Assembly (NCBI RefSeq): GCF_964204645.1
Contig: NC_134027.1
Coordinates: 9,146,485 to 9,210,484, forward strand
DNA: 64,000 nucleotides
Origin: Tubulanus polymorphus
Taxonomy: Eukaryota > Animalia > Nemertea
Reading direction: 5' to 3'
Numbering within the stretch: the first letter of the stretch is position 1; each line of letters opens with the position of its first letter. The notes below the pieces were generated by a model. That model made no database searches, had not been told where the DNA came from, and saw nothing but the letters and a program-made list of their open reading frames with translations. Made by a program: the position numbers and the translations under genes. This document shows, one piece after another, positions 52,701 to 64,000 of the stretch.

Positions 52701-55700
52701 GAATCGATTCCAAGAGAATATTCCATGAATGTTGATTCTTATCCGTTTTTAGTTCACTGTAGTTCGGGCACTATATAACTAGGATCAACGATCCAATATT
52801 TCAAACGATATTGGACAGTTGATAACCCACTTGGCGGGAATAGGTTCTTTCGATGATAGTTTCATAGAAATTTATAGCCAGCAAAACATCGCCACACTGC
52901 TCGGATGGCTGAGAGATAATCCAAAAAAACACTTATCATGCCAATTTACGAGATCTGATGGGGAATCATTGATTACTGCTTATCTCTATTATGTGAGTAT
53001 CATTGTTATTTCATCACATTTCGCGCCGATATTTTGCTACATCGACGCAGTGATAAATGATTACGCGATGGCCCGACTAACCCCTTGCACCACAACGACG
53101 CGTTAGAAAAATATCATTTGTCCTCGTTAGAAACAATTTCTGATGGAGAAACTATGTATATATGTTTCAGGATCAATGAGTACCGCGCGTATTTCTATTC
53201 GGGTTTCTTGTTACAGAGGGCTTCCTAGACCCTAGATAAATTCCCATTTGTAATTTAAAGTTAAAACTTATCGTGATTTCCCTATTCGAGCTGAACGCAT
53301 TTTCGCATTTTATGGCACTTTTATTGGATCTAAGCCCGTGAGAATAGGCAAGGTATCTCCACGAGTCGAACTCGACTAAGATTTAGACAAATTTTTCCTA
53401 ATGGATTGGTCGAAGTTACCGCAGACGATACGCGACGGCGCTTTGAAATGCGGTCTGGCGGGATATCATGCAAAACTGTGAACGCATCGGTAATTTAATA
53501 ATTCTAATGGATTTGTCCGTGTAAAGACTGAAACGAATTGTTACACAAACCTGTTGCTTGTGAGTCCACCCAGACAAAAAAGGGAAGTCATCGGAACAAT
53601 AATGGCAAAACCGGAGAGAGCTCTAATATGTACTATATTCCAAAAAATTAGAAGCCGTAGATTCCAAACCATTCATCGTCGTCATCAATATCGTTCGGCT
53701 GCGGGCAGGTGACCAGAATTTTACGTCACTCATTCTTGTCATTGGCACTCCTCGTCGACATCGCCTGTACAAACGGAAGGTAGCGCTGGTGAAACGTGAG
53801 GCGTTGTCGTGCTGGTCTACGCTTCCAAAGGGAGGGTGCATAGAGGCAGTATTTTCTGGCAGGCCCATCGCTTGGCATTCTCAGCAAATGTCCAAAGAAT
53901 GAAAACCACCCAAACCATTATTGTTTGGTATATTTGCAAATAAAGGATTATTGATAATTTGAATGCGTGTTAACATAACTTTACTAGTTGTTTTTTTCTG
54001 CTGGTGGAAGAATTCATAGTACAGATTATCTTGATGAATAAACCTATACGTTTAAGTGGCGCTAGCGTCCTTGGCGTACAAATATTTGCACGACGAGTTT
54101 CTCTGCGGCGATTTGTATCTTTATTCGATTAAATCATTAACTCCTCGGTCTGTACTGTTCTTGTCCGTGTTTTTCATTTAGTGGCCGACTATAAATGTTA
54201 AAGCGATCTGTTTAGCGGCCCGTACTACCTCAATCAGGGCCTTGCCGGCAGATTCGATTACGTACTTTACGCAGAAAGCTAACGAACGAACTATCGGTGG
54301 CAAATGGATTACAAATTAGTAGCGCGGGACAACAACAACTTAGGAACACGTCAGCTAAAATGTCATTTTTCTTCATCGGCTTAGTTCTATCCCAAACGAT
54401 CGCTGAACATCAGAATATCCCTTGTTGTCGTGTGTGTTTGTGCGTTTGTGAAGCATACAGAAATAATCGTCACCCGTTTGCGTTAGCTTAATAACGCATT
54501 AAACATTTTCCGAGAGATGACAAGAAGAAAATCATTCTGTAAATAGTATATTCACAGATACTAATGCAATAGTCTTTCTTCACTGTACATAGTTCGGACA
54601 GGAAGATATATACGATATCAATACGAAAATCAAGTATTTGCCTTTCAAAAAATCTTTTTCGTCAATTTAGTTATTGATCACTGAATCATGAAAAATATTA
54701 TAGGTTCGACATCCGGGTAAATGTGGCATTCCGTAGAATGGACAACCCCGGTAGGCGAGGACGTTGTTGATAATGAGGATGATTTCGGGTGAGATTTCAA
54801 GGAAAGGTGACAAATATCATAGATGATGACCTGCTGGTGAAACCAAAAAGACTGCTGATGGTCGTATATTACACAAATCTATTTCTGAATCTATTTTGAA
54901 TAATTCGCTATATCAGGTACCGCATCATCAAGAAAATTCGGCATTGCATCAGCGTGCACCATGCATAAGCATGCGATGGGTTCGACCTCCACAGGCCTTC
55001 AAAAGTTAAAACGCTCAACGTCAAAGATTTTGATAACTGATCTTTGAACAAATTCTGTTTTGATATTTTATCATAAACTGGAAACACATAAAAAATTTGA
55101 ACCAGTCAATTCTGTTTATTATTTCCAGATACTTTCACAAAATAAGTTAACGTTATAGTGGTCATATCAGGTCAAAGTAGAAAATCAGTTATCGCTGCTT
55201 TGCAGCTATGTTACTTTGATTTGATTTTCCTGATACGAACTGAATAATGTTTGGATGAACTTATACACCCGGCAACATCGAAACTCGGCAGTTAAGAGAG
55301 TTCACTTTCTTACGTTGATGCTGAATCTAGAAAAAGAAATGTTTCTTCATCGATATAGGATCTATGCACGCAGGTCGAGATCCACGTCGTGGGATTCGAG
55401 AGCAAGCCCCTCGAGACTGATTGCCGTAGAGCGTTGAATGAAACCAACGGACAAGTCGTTAATCGTCGATCAATAAGGACATTCAGGAGAATGAAAACGC
55501 TAGTAGCTGCGTAAGTATTATTCTAAGCGTCAATCCAGATTACAGTAATAAATGGGCCTGCTCGGGAATGGGCATATTTTTCATGCAGCATCTCAAGTAT
55601 TTTACAAGCGACAAGAATAGAACTCGGTAATACTGCTGCAACTGAGGACCCATTCACTCACACATAATTCCCCCGTACATTTCATTTTAAGCTAAGCAAT

Positions 55701-58700
55701 TACTTTTTAGAAATTCATGAACAGGGCACCTGCTGAAATGATATTCGATGAAGTGTGATCGGCTTCATGATGGGATTGAGATACAACAAGATACATGTCA
55801 TCGAAAACTCTGGAAAATATTCTCACCACTCCGCACATCGATCAAACATGGATTTTCGAATGATTCGAAATTTATTTACGCCGAAAATTCGAAAATCAAA
55901 TCGTTTCTTTTCTAAAGCAATCACATTCTCCGACCCGCGATATCGAAGAAAATCAGATTGATTATTGTTTAAGACTATATCACGATTAAAGTTTCGACGA
56001 ATGAATTCGATGAAATGCATTAATTTTTGAAATTAGATTTTTTTTCGATTATTCTTGCGTGGTAGCAAGGCCTTGGTAATCCAAGGTTGATGATTTGGTA
56101 ACCCATTTTCGTTTCCGTTGCTAAATTTTGCTACCCATTCACAGGCGAGGAGGTCATATCATTCTTGCATGGAAGAAACTCGTTTCTTCACTTCTTGGCC
56201 TTGATAATCTAAGTTTGGTGATTATAAAATGTCGGTTTCTGTTGCGGAGGGTATTCCCGTCAATTTCGATCTGATAAAGTTCATATCTATATTTACTGCA
56301 TGTCTTTGCGCGGTGTTAAATTTCTGTCATAAAACGTGCCTTTTTTCTCGGACGAAATTCCTTGAAATGTACCAGTCACGACACGAGGGTGCAGCGGGCA
56401 TAAGAATTACCGAAATTAGAAAAATTTCGTAGAATAATTCATGAATGAAGTAGATTTTTATTCATTGATATGCATATTATCATCAAGGATAAGACAACAG
56501 GCAAGTTGTGCACACACAGTTTATCGTTCTCGGTGGGTCGCCGTGTTACTGGGCTGTCGTACGCTGCAACTGACTTAACGAGCATATAGAGACTCATAAT
56601 TCAGCGAAAATGCTATAGAAACGTGTCTCGGGCTTAACGTGGCGAAGGTCGGTTAAGATTTAGGTATCGGCAGCATCACGTGGCTTCTCGGAGAACCACC
56701 ATTTGGGGGGGGGGGCATTCGATTTATGCATGTCATCTGGTCGACAACGCCGCCGTCGAGATAAATTGAAACGTACGTGTCCACCACCGTGAAAAACCGT
56801 GACAAGCGAGACTCTAGATAACAGATAATCTACCACCGGCCGCAGCACGAAAAACTCAATGCCTCATTAATTCTATTAAAAGAACAGCCAGTTGTCGGTT
56901 GCCAGCCGGTTGCCAATCAAAATCATGCAGATTGGCACTGGACAACAACTTTTTGATACTTCCGTTCAGCAGACATACCATATGGAAAAGTTGGTACACC
57001 ATTCGAAAGTTACGCATCTTGGCTTCAAATAATCGATATCCTTTTCTAAGAAAACTGGTGCAATTTCTATGGAAACGGACAACAAGGTACCAAGATACCA
57101 TTATGGTAGTTCTCAAAAAAATTCCAAATTCGTTAGATATATGTATACGATGGGCGAGTGTAAATTTGAGTGGTATCTCCCGATGCGTACGGGGTTTATG
57201 AATCATTTTCCAATTTTACTGACATCAATTCGTCTAAAACTAATAAATAATCAGTTTAAAATCGCCAGTTATTAAATTGCTCTCCATTTACTTCCCCGAA
57301 ATATGATATATATGTACAGATACGTATGAACTAAAAGAGGCTCTATCGCGGCAAGGTAAAACGTACACCCAAGAACCAGTTCCTGTTAATATTAAGTATG
57401 GCACAGTAACTGATAGCGTGAAGGCCGTGGATTTGTTACAATGATTCGCGTTCCTGTTGCCATCAATAAACCTGTGTCCGTTTGGCAAGTGCCAGCGCCG
57501 CACTAATATCCAATTTATTTAATGAACTGAAAACCATTGAATGCCTTCCGTTCGTCGTCGTTGAACACGAAAGTTCGCGTGCTTCCAGACTGACGTCGAA
57601 GAATGTAAAAAAAAAAAAACGTTTTACGAAAACCATCAACTGATGATAACGTTCACGCGGGAAGCCCTGCCCTGCATGTTACGTACTACACTATAAATGG
57701 GTTAAAAACTGAATGCGTCGCAGTTTTATCTCAGCTAGCACCCCCGTCTTGGCGCAACTATGACACAATCTATTCAGTAATCCTATTATGAAGGGAAGAA
57801 ATGTAAATGAATGACAGTCGTTTGCATCGAGGAGTTTTTATGGTTTCTACGGAAACTGATAACGTACGTACACTTTCAATTTTCATAGCGTCGCAAGCTG
57901 GCACATTTATGTTGGCGTGAGCGGAGATACATTGACAATTACATTAATGGCATTCACCCGCTTCCACAATGTTTCCCAGGACCTCTAGGATAAGTTTGAT
58001 GATTCCGGGGCCATATTCCATTCCTCTTCACTACGACCTATGAGAGAATTATCAGTTCAAACAAACAAAAACTGAACCTCATCTGCCGCCTCTTTCCGAA
58101 CTAGGAAAGTTTTTTCGTCGAATAGGATGTGGCTGATGTTGAGTCGCACGCAATCATGTCATAAAACTGGGAATTTGAAATATGGGGCATACGACAGATC
58201 GATGTCGCGCCGAGGTTATGTTGTCGTATAGGTGCCAGAAGATTCTGCCAGACAGTTCAGCGTTTAATCATTTAATCGTCGTCACAAACGAGACGACGTA
58301 TTGCATAAATAACGCGACGAGATAAGCCTGTTGACGACAACGTGCGACGTGTACTGCCGGACTAATTAATACATATTCATTCATTTTTGAAAATTGCATC
58401 ATAAAATGTCGAATTCGTTCGTGAATAAACGAAATCGACATAATAATATCCAATGTCGTAACTATTAATTCTGCAGACACATTTTATATGAATTCGTGGC
58501 ATTATATAATAATTTCGTCATTTTCCCCGGTAGGGATTCGAACATGACGGCGTCGAGACTCGCCCCGGTACGAAACGATGCTACACCAGTCCGAGTGTGC
58601 AGCTACATGCACAACTTAGATGATGCCATTATTAGGCAATCAGAAATACTTCAGCCCGGGTTTTCCATTTAAAGTTCTTCCGTGAAATTTGCCTCGACGA

Positions 58701-60807
58701 TTATACAACGAGCAATCTGATTGGTGCCGCAAGTTTTCACGCGGTAAACTTGCTCACTTGGTCTAGTGTGACGGGGTTTGCCGTGGCTGAGTCTAGCGAT
58801 GCCATCGGGTTCGAATCGCCGGTGGGGAGGATGTCATTTCATACAAAGGGACTCATAAGTCTGAATTAAGGCTAATGATACATATTATAATGTGGCTCTA
58901 ACAAATATGGATATATAAAAAATGATATCATACTTTATGGAAGTTGACTGCAGTTCTTGTGCAATTTGAAATGGAATTAAAAAGTTGTTAGTCTCGATGG
59001 ACCCATGGCCAGGGAAATCGGCTGTCTCACACAATACAACTACATTAACTTATACTAGATTCTTTCGTTGTGTGAAAAATACAGGGTTCTTTTCAGTATT
59101 CGAGTGCCATTACGGTATTCAGTTACACTATTTTTCTTCGACTCGTTATTCACCAAAATGTGATATATTGATAAAGAAGTTCTCGATTTTGCTTTTCCGT
59201 TCAGTCATTCGATACTTTACATTTCGGATGCAGCAAACGAAAAGTAGGCACGCGCGGTTGTTTTCAATTAGGCGTAAATACTATAGATTTATACCCGCGA
59301 AGGAAATCATGATAAATGGATTTTTATATTGGTACTCATCAATTCGGCCACGGGTCTCATCGATTAGAGATTACGTTGCGTAACCGGAGCGGGCGGTAAT
59401 TTTTTTCTACTGACCGGGAACGAGGCTCGGATCAAATGTCGAGACATCCGATGATGGATGGTCGGATGATCGAACGGTTCATTGAACGAGGAGCGACTTA
59501 TTTCGCTTTTTTTAGGTTTGAGTGGTACGGCCGATTGAGAGAGGAGAGGCAGTAACACAATAGATTCGGAACAATTCATGCGGTCAATGCGGAAATGTGT
59601 CCACGTAGAGTGATTGAGGCCGGTCGCATAGTCTAGACCCAAGATAAGACAAAACGGTTGATCCAACGAATTGAAAATCATTGGAATACCTAAACAAAGT
59701 TTCGGACTTATTATTGTTACGTTCTAGAATCTATTACCAAGTCAATCATTGTGGCGTAAACGATATGACAGCCATTTCATGTTACAGCCACGACTCTACA
59801 CGACAGCGGTATTTCTGCCTTCAAAGATGTGTCTCTTGCACGAAATTTGAATTTTGCGTATGAAATACGTCGATCGAACCGTGAAATTTATATGTCAAAA
59901 ACGAGACAAAAAGTCGGCAGAGTTTGTAATCACCTCAAAATGGCGGTGTCATTTCATGGGTAATCTTAAAACTGACCGTCAATTTGTCATCTGGGGAGGT
60001 TTAGGGTGCAACACAGTACAGGCGCCATGAGATCGCTGATACGGTGAATGGAATTAGAATCAGTCTTTTAAAGCCTTTGATATTTCGATCGTATTGAATA
60101 TCTTTAGCATTGGAGATAATGCTGCTGTTCGACGGATAGATGAAGATATGTCACGCCACCAGACACGCCTGGGGTCACGTGCGTACGGTTACGAAAGAAC
60201 GATAAATCCACTTACCAATTGTCAGGTTGGATCTCGATAAGGTGTTGCCTTTCTTTCGCGCCTGGTAGAACCATTCGGAATCGTTCTTCAAGTATTTGTA
60301 TTCGATGGACAAGTCTTTCACCATAATCTGTCCGTTCGGCAGACGATAAGCGTACGGGCAAAACAGTGTGTAATCCTTGAACTCTTTGTAGTCGTAGCAA
60401 TTTCCGGCCGCGAATATATCATCGTCCCCTTCGACCATATTGCGCACGTACGTATAGAATAGGTATTCGTTGTTAAGAACACTAGGTGGCGCTCCGATCC
60501 ATATCCGTGTGAGTAGATTGGCGCGATTGACCGCGGTGAGAGCCTGGCGTTTGAATCGGCGCACGCCATATTGTTGCACGACACCGTCGCCGAGGTTGAA
60601 CCCGGTACCGGTCGTGCAATTCTCTTTGGTCTGTTCGTAACGTTCGACCAGATTGAGAAACCTGGTGACGATGTCCAAATTGGACGCTCTCGACGTGGTC
60701 ATTTCACCGTTTTGATGCGGGAAAATATATTCGCTATCATCTTCGTTGTAAGAAGCGAACCGCGCCGTCGTGAACATTGTCATCAACGTCATTAACAATA
60801 CCTGCAT
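37737..60807 (-). CDS. Class C orphan-type GPCR of the GPR158/GPR179 family (CG31760-like), about 13 coding exons
   Basis: Exon 60216-60807 (signal peptide, ANLLTR, FCPYAYR, EWF), 49515-49701 (DGHWSLPYFDCGGGNIWMMTYTVPFF), 47622-47745 (GTSGIDIDL..DIDQC), 46694-46817 (GLGFRRGSYKCIC..GYYFP), 46309-46503 (CFPCALGC..C plus TM1), 42167-42234, 41936-42043 (YGALLLKTWR), 41313-41455, 40685-40748, 40268-40405 (PSEFNESRFI), 39573-39679, ~38497-38697 and 37737-37961. Confidence 0.93.
38815..39520. mobile_element. Non-autonomous DNA element with long imperfect TIRs in a GPCR intron
   Basis: GGAGGTGACACGGAGAAAA..CGTGGGAATGAAATAATCATTTCGTTCGAACGAAAT mirrors ATTTCGTTCGTACGAAAAGGTTATTTTGTTCCCACG..TTTTCGCCATATTACCTCC. 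Confidence 0.6.
39786..39892. repeat. Palindromic hairpin/MITE-like repeat
   Basis: GGTTTTATAAACTGGTATTGCCTTTAACCCCAGGGCTAAC...GTTAGCCCCCGGGTTAAATGTAATACCAGTCTATGAAACC. Confidence 0.7.
44318..44502 (+). mobile_element. Penelope-like terminal repeat remnant with degenerate hammerhead core; inverted homolog at ~39190-39345
   Basis: TGAAGA-TGACT..AGTC-GAAAAGTC then AATAAA (44363-44405). The upstream inverted arm preserves CTGAAGATGACTAT. Downstream CGGACTTAATTTT..ATAGTGTTTCAT matches the reverse complement of 39190-39262. Confidence 0.55.
45730..45838. repeat. ~105-bp intronic repeat, second copy at ~50905-51008
   Basis: Shared TTCAGTTTTAATTGAAATGT..GACCGAGT..CCTGGTGGATCCTCGCCTGCCATA.GTGGAAT..TCGAT.GCCACAG. 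Confidence 0.8.
47325..47560 (-). mobile_element. L2/CR1-type LINE 3' end remnant
   Basis: Translation SYDVRAL..SRLRNNLLADI..SCESFKQILKTVLF resembles the L2 ORF2 terminus pattern (YG.RAF..P.LWN.LP..I...SF K..LKT.LF), followed by an (ATC/ATT)n tail. Confidence 0.6.
52395..52800 (-). mobile_element. Possible degenerate LINE 3' remnant
   Basis: Minus-strand ..RTT..IHGIFSWN..LP.. residue pattern plus a CAATT-type microsatellite tail at 52395-52430. Confidence 0.4.
58515..58606 (-). mobile_element. tRNA-derived SINE-like head (copy A)
   Basis: Pol III B box GTTCGAATCCC on the minus strand (58533-58543) with an upstream A-box-like segment; alignable to copy B. No complete cloverleaf. Confidence 0.5.
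58748..58840 (+). mobile_element. tRNA-derived SINE-like head (copy B)
   Basis: A-box-like TGGTCTAGTGTG (58759-58770) and B box GGTTCGAATC (58808-58817). Confidence 0.5.
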
Positions 60808-63239
60808 ATTGATAGGTTGGACTGGGCTGATCAGTGGGCGTCAGTGAGTTCTGATAGCTGTCACGGGGATATTTGAATTTCCCATATCAAATATTATCAT
60901 CGTAAATCGTCAGTAGACTAGAAAGTCATTTCGACCAACGAATCTGCTGGAACGGTTAGTTCAGTTAACATTTCTGGACTGGTATTTCTTCATTTTTCAG
61001 CGGTGCCTAGAAATAGAAAACGTTGCACTGTGTAAAATCTATGAATCGTTAGAAATACATGTTCATAATTTACAGGGAAGGCGACTTCTGTCATGGGGTG
61101 CTACTGGACTGAAAATCCCGAGTATATTTATACTTCTTCGCGCCTAGTTTCTAAAACTTGATCAATATTTGTTGGTAGTTTTGCGTTTCATTGCTTCCAC
61201 TCAACATTGTAAATTTAGATAAGAGCTCCGCAAATACAACGACAAGCACGTATAAAAAAACCAGACGCGATGCGATTGAGTGTTAATATGCGATCGAGTG
61301 TTTATACGAGCCCCGCCAGTCAAAACTAATTTTGTACCGAGAGACCACGAAAATGCGATTCGTTGCCATATCAAAATGTCCATTCGATAGACCAACGCCA
61401 TCATCGATCATCAAAACGTCTTTCAGCTTACGTCACTTCCGCTGATTGAGACGTGGATGAATATCACTTCGAACCCGATCGTTTACGTGCTCCACAGGTA
61501 GCCATTGTACGAGGCAAAAAATCAATTGCGCGTCGAATCTTCGAACGATTCGAGTTAACTGCGGCTTTACTCGTCTAATTGAAACGAAACGACGCAGCTG
61601 AAGAGCGACTTTAAACGGTAGGCTACACTTAACGTAAGATCCACTGATAGACGTTATTCCTTGTGCTCATCTATTTCGATTCTTCGATGAAATGAGAAAA
61701 TAAAGAGGCGCGAATCGAAGGGAGATTTCAGAAAGCGTAATTGACCTTGGAACACGTATACATATACGTCAATTGACCCGGTTTTTCGTTCTTTTGAATG
61801 TCGTTTACTTAGAAAGAAAGTCATTGGGAAATGATGATATCGAGAAGCTAATCCGTACGTAAATGTTTGATGCTTTTTGTAACTGTATAAGAAAATTCTT
61901 TACGCTACAGCAAATTTTGGGGAAAAAGTCGAGAACTTGAAAGTGGATTAAATTCTCTCCGTTATTTTCTTATCTGTTGGTTTCGATCGACGGTATCGAA
62001 ATAACAAACGACCGCATATAATGGAACACAACCGTATATAATGGAGCTACGAGGTAGATTAGAAACTGGCATCATCTTTTTCGCTATCGTAGTAAAAGGC
62101 TACCGTCACCTGGATCATAGCAGGGGAACAAACCACCCGGAAAACTGGGGAAAAAGCGACAGAGCAGCCGATAAATGAATTATCACGGCGAGACGTATTT
62201 TGATATTGAAAAACAATTCGGATGGCGAATGTTTTGCGCTTTATACAAGAGTCGCATTTCAGTACGATCACGGAAACAACACTGATCCGCGGTGTGTTTA
62301 TCAAGTGATGCGTCAAGAGTACGTAACACGAGATTAATATCAGAGGGGAATAACTAAACCAAATCATACGGCTGAACATGAGCCCGAAATGTCTCGACAC
62401 ATGAAAATGTCACCTGGAGTGTGCGTCATAATGATCATCGGATGTACTTACTGATGAAATGTATATTTTGCAACATGCATTCTAACTCACGGCTTTGGAA
62501 GCTTAATATGTAATGAGTTTGAATATTTAGAAAGCCCAATTTGTTAAAGTTTGATATTCTTTACTCACCTTACCGACTCGCAGCATTCGTTTATGACAAT
62601 ATTATATGAAATACATAACATCCGACTCGGATATCGCTCAAGTCGGATTCATTTTACGATCCTAAAAAGATCCGACTTGAGTGAGTGAAGTCTGCTGTAT
62701 ATTTGGTTGGGCGTCGAGTAGAAATTCGACATCTGATGATACAATATGTAAATTTTTCCGACCAATTTCGAATTATAGTTTTTGGGCAAAAATCTCATTG
62801 CGATTATGATATTTTTTGCCGTAAGCACGTATCTATTCTTCATACGTAGGTGGACAACCATTCACGCCATGAACAAATAAGAAATAAGATTAGGTTTTTA
62901 AGATGATCCACAATGACTGGATTGGGCTGCGAATCGCATCCTCGTCTTTCCGTGACAGCTCTAACCGAGCAAATTTTTTCAATAATCTATTAGGAAAAAG
63001 TGGGTCTTGGAGTTACGTGTTTGGTTTTTTCTGGTGTTGACGGAGGATGGTGAAGTAACCTACTGAGTGGATTCGTCTGGCGATCTCGAAGCACTCTCGA
63101 ATACATTTCACCCGCACAAGTAAGCTCAGACGTTGATGGATAAAGTAAAGAAAAATGAACAAGAAAACTACTTTGAAAGTTTATAATACACCTCGAAAAA
63201 ATAACATATATGTTGCATAACATAGTCCCACAATAAAAA

Positions 63240-63452
63240 TTATATTATATCCGTATTATGTCGTTTTCTTCACTTAACTTTCATCTTATGTATATTTTTT
63301 CCTCTTTTCTAGGGCTGCTTTCTTGTATAAGCTAAATGTTGTTTCAAAGCAGTCCCTCATTTAATATCATTACATCTTTAATGCATTTCCTTATTCATTG
63401 ATTTTGTAAAATTTTTACTTGAAAAATAAATCATTATCATCTTATCATCAAA
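63240..63452 (+). mobile_element. Orphan LINE 3' UTR (stem-loop, AATAAA and ATC-type tail)
   Basis: AGGGCTGCTTT..TATAAGCT..AAAGCAGTCCCT hairpin, similar in architecture to 13575-13622, then GAAAAATAAA-TCATTATCATCTTATCATC. Confidence 0.55.
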
Positions 63453-64000
63453 ATGCAATATCAATGATATTGAGATCGATGAAGGTATTTTGGATTTGAA
63501 TGATAATTGAATTGGTCAACAACCAGTCTGGCTCCGATTTATTGATCATGTAGTGCAGATCTTCTCAAATACAATCATAAGAATAAAATAAGAGGTTTGA
63601 AATGTATTTGATTACAAAGTAACCACCACAAATTCACAATTGTGATTGTTATTTCGACATGCCAATAACGATGACGTAGTGCACATCAACTCACACAGAA
63701 CCCTTAATGAAACATTCATGTACTAGGTATCAATGTATATAAACATAACAGTAACGGTTTTTACGACGTCAAAAATATGGAAAATACGAGCCGAAAACCT
63801 ACATAAGTCTTGCTAAGTATTTTTGATTGTTACTTATATAAGCATTCGTATAAATTGGACAATTGGAACAGATTATAAATGATAAACTAAAATGTATAGC
63901 TAACTGCTAAGATACCGAGATATTGAAATACCGAGCGCGCTACCCCATCGAGAGTCTTGCGTAAGAATATTTTCGATTTTCGACCGGCAGTCGTGTTTGG

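Noticed and set aside
58515-58840. Functional tRNA genes
   Set aside because: B boxes are present but I cannot build acceptor and anticodon stems; treated as SINE-like.
49720-60200. Nested protein-coding gene in the ~10.5-kb first GPCR intron
   Set aside because: Only short ORFs without recognisable domains or a consistent exon chain.

Overview
AT-rich, intron-containing eukaryotic (metazoan) genomic DNA, not prokaryotic; most entries in the ORF track are exon fragments or noise. An invertebrate, probably spiralian, origin is inferred from gene content and is not verified. Manual GT-AG exon stitching gives, left to right: (1) an M14A zinc carboxypeptidase with a long acidic C-terminal tail (+, ~1.9-8.8 kb); (2) an all-ankyrin protein built from four copies of an exon module and ending in a CaaX box, CTIL (+, 9.7-17.2 kb), with a dead CR1/L2-group LINE in one intron; (3) a secreted protein of 8 CUB domains (-, 17.7-25.0 kb); (4) a three-copy CD225/dispanin (PRRT1/IFITM-like) cluster, one intact and two disrupted, with an intron-containing GH3-domain gene (GHDC-like, -) inside one duplicated unit; (5) a GPR158/GPR179/CG31760-type class C GPCR (-, 37.7-60.8 kb). 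Introns and intergenic DNA hold LINE 3' remnants, Penelope-like hammerhead-type remnants, tRNA-derived SINE-like heads, several MITE families and a long (TA)n tract. Exon boundaries were read by eye and may be off by a few bases.
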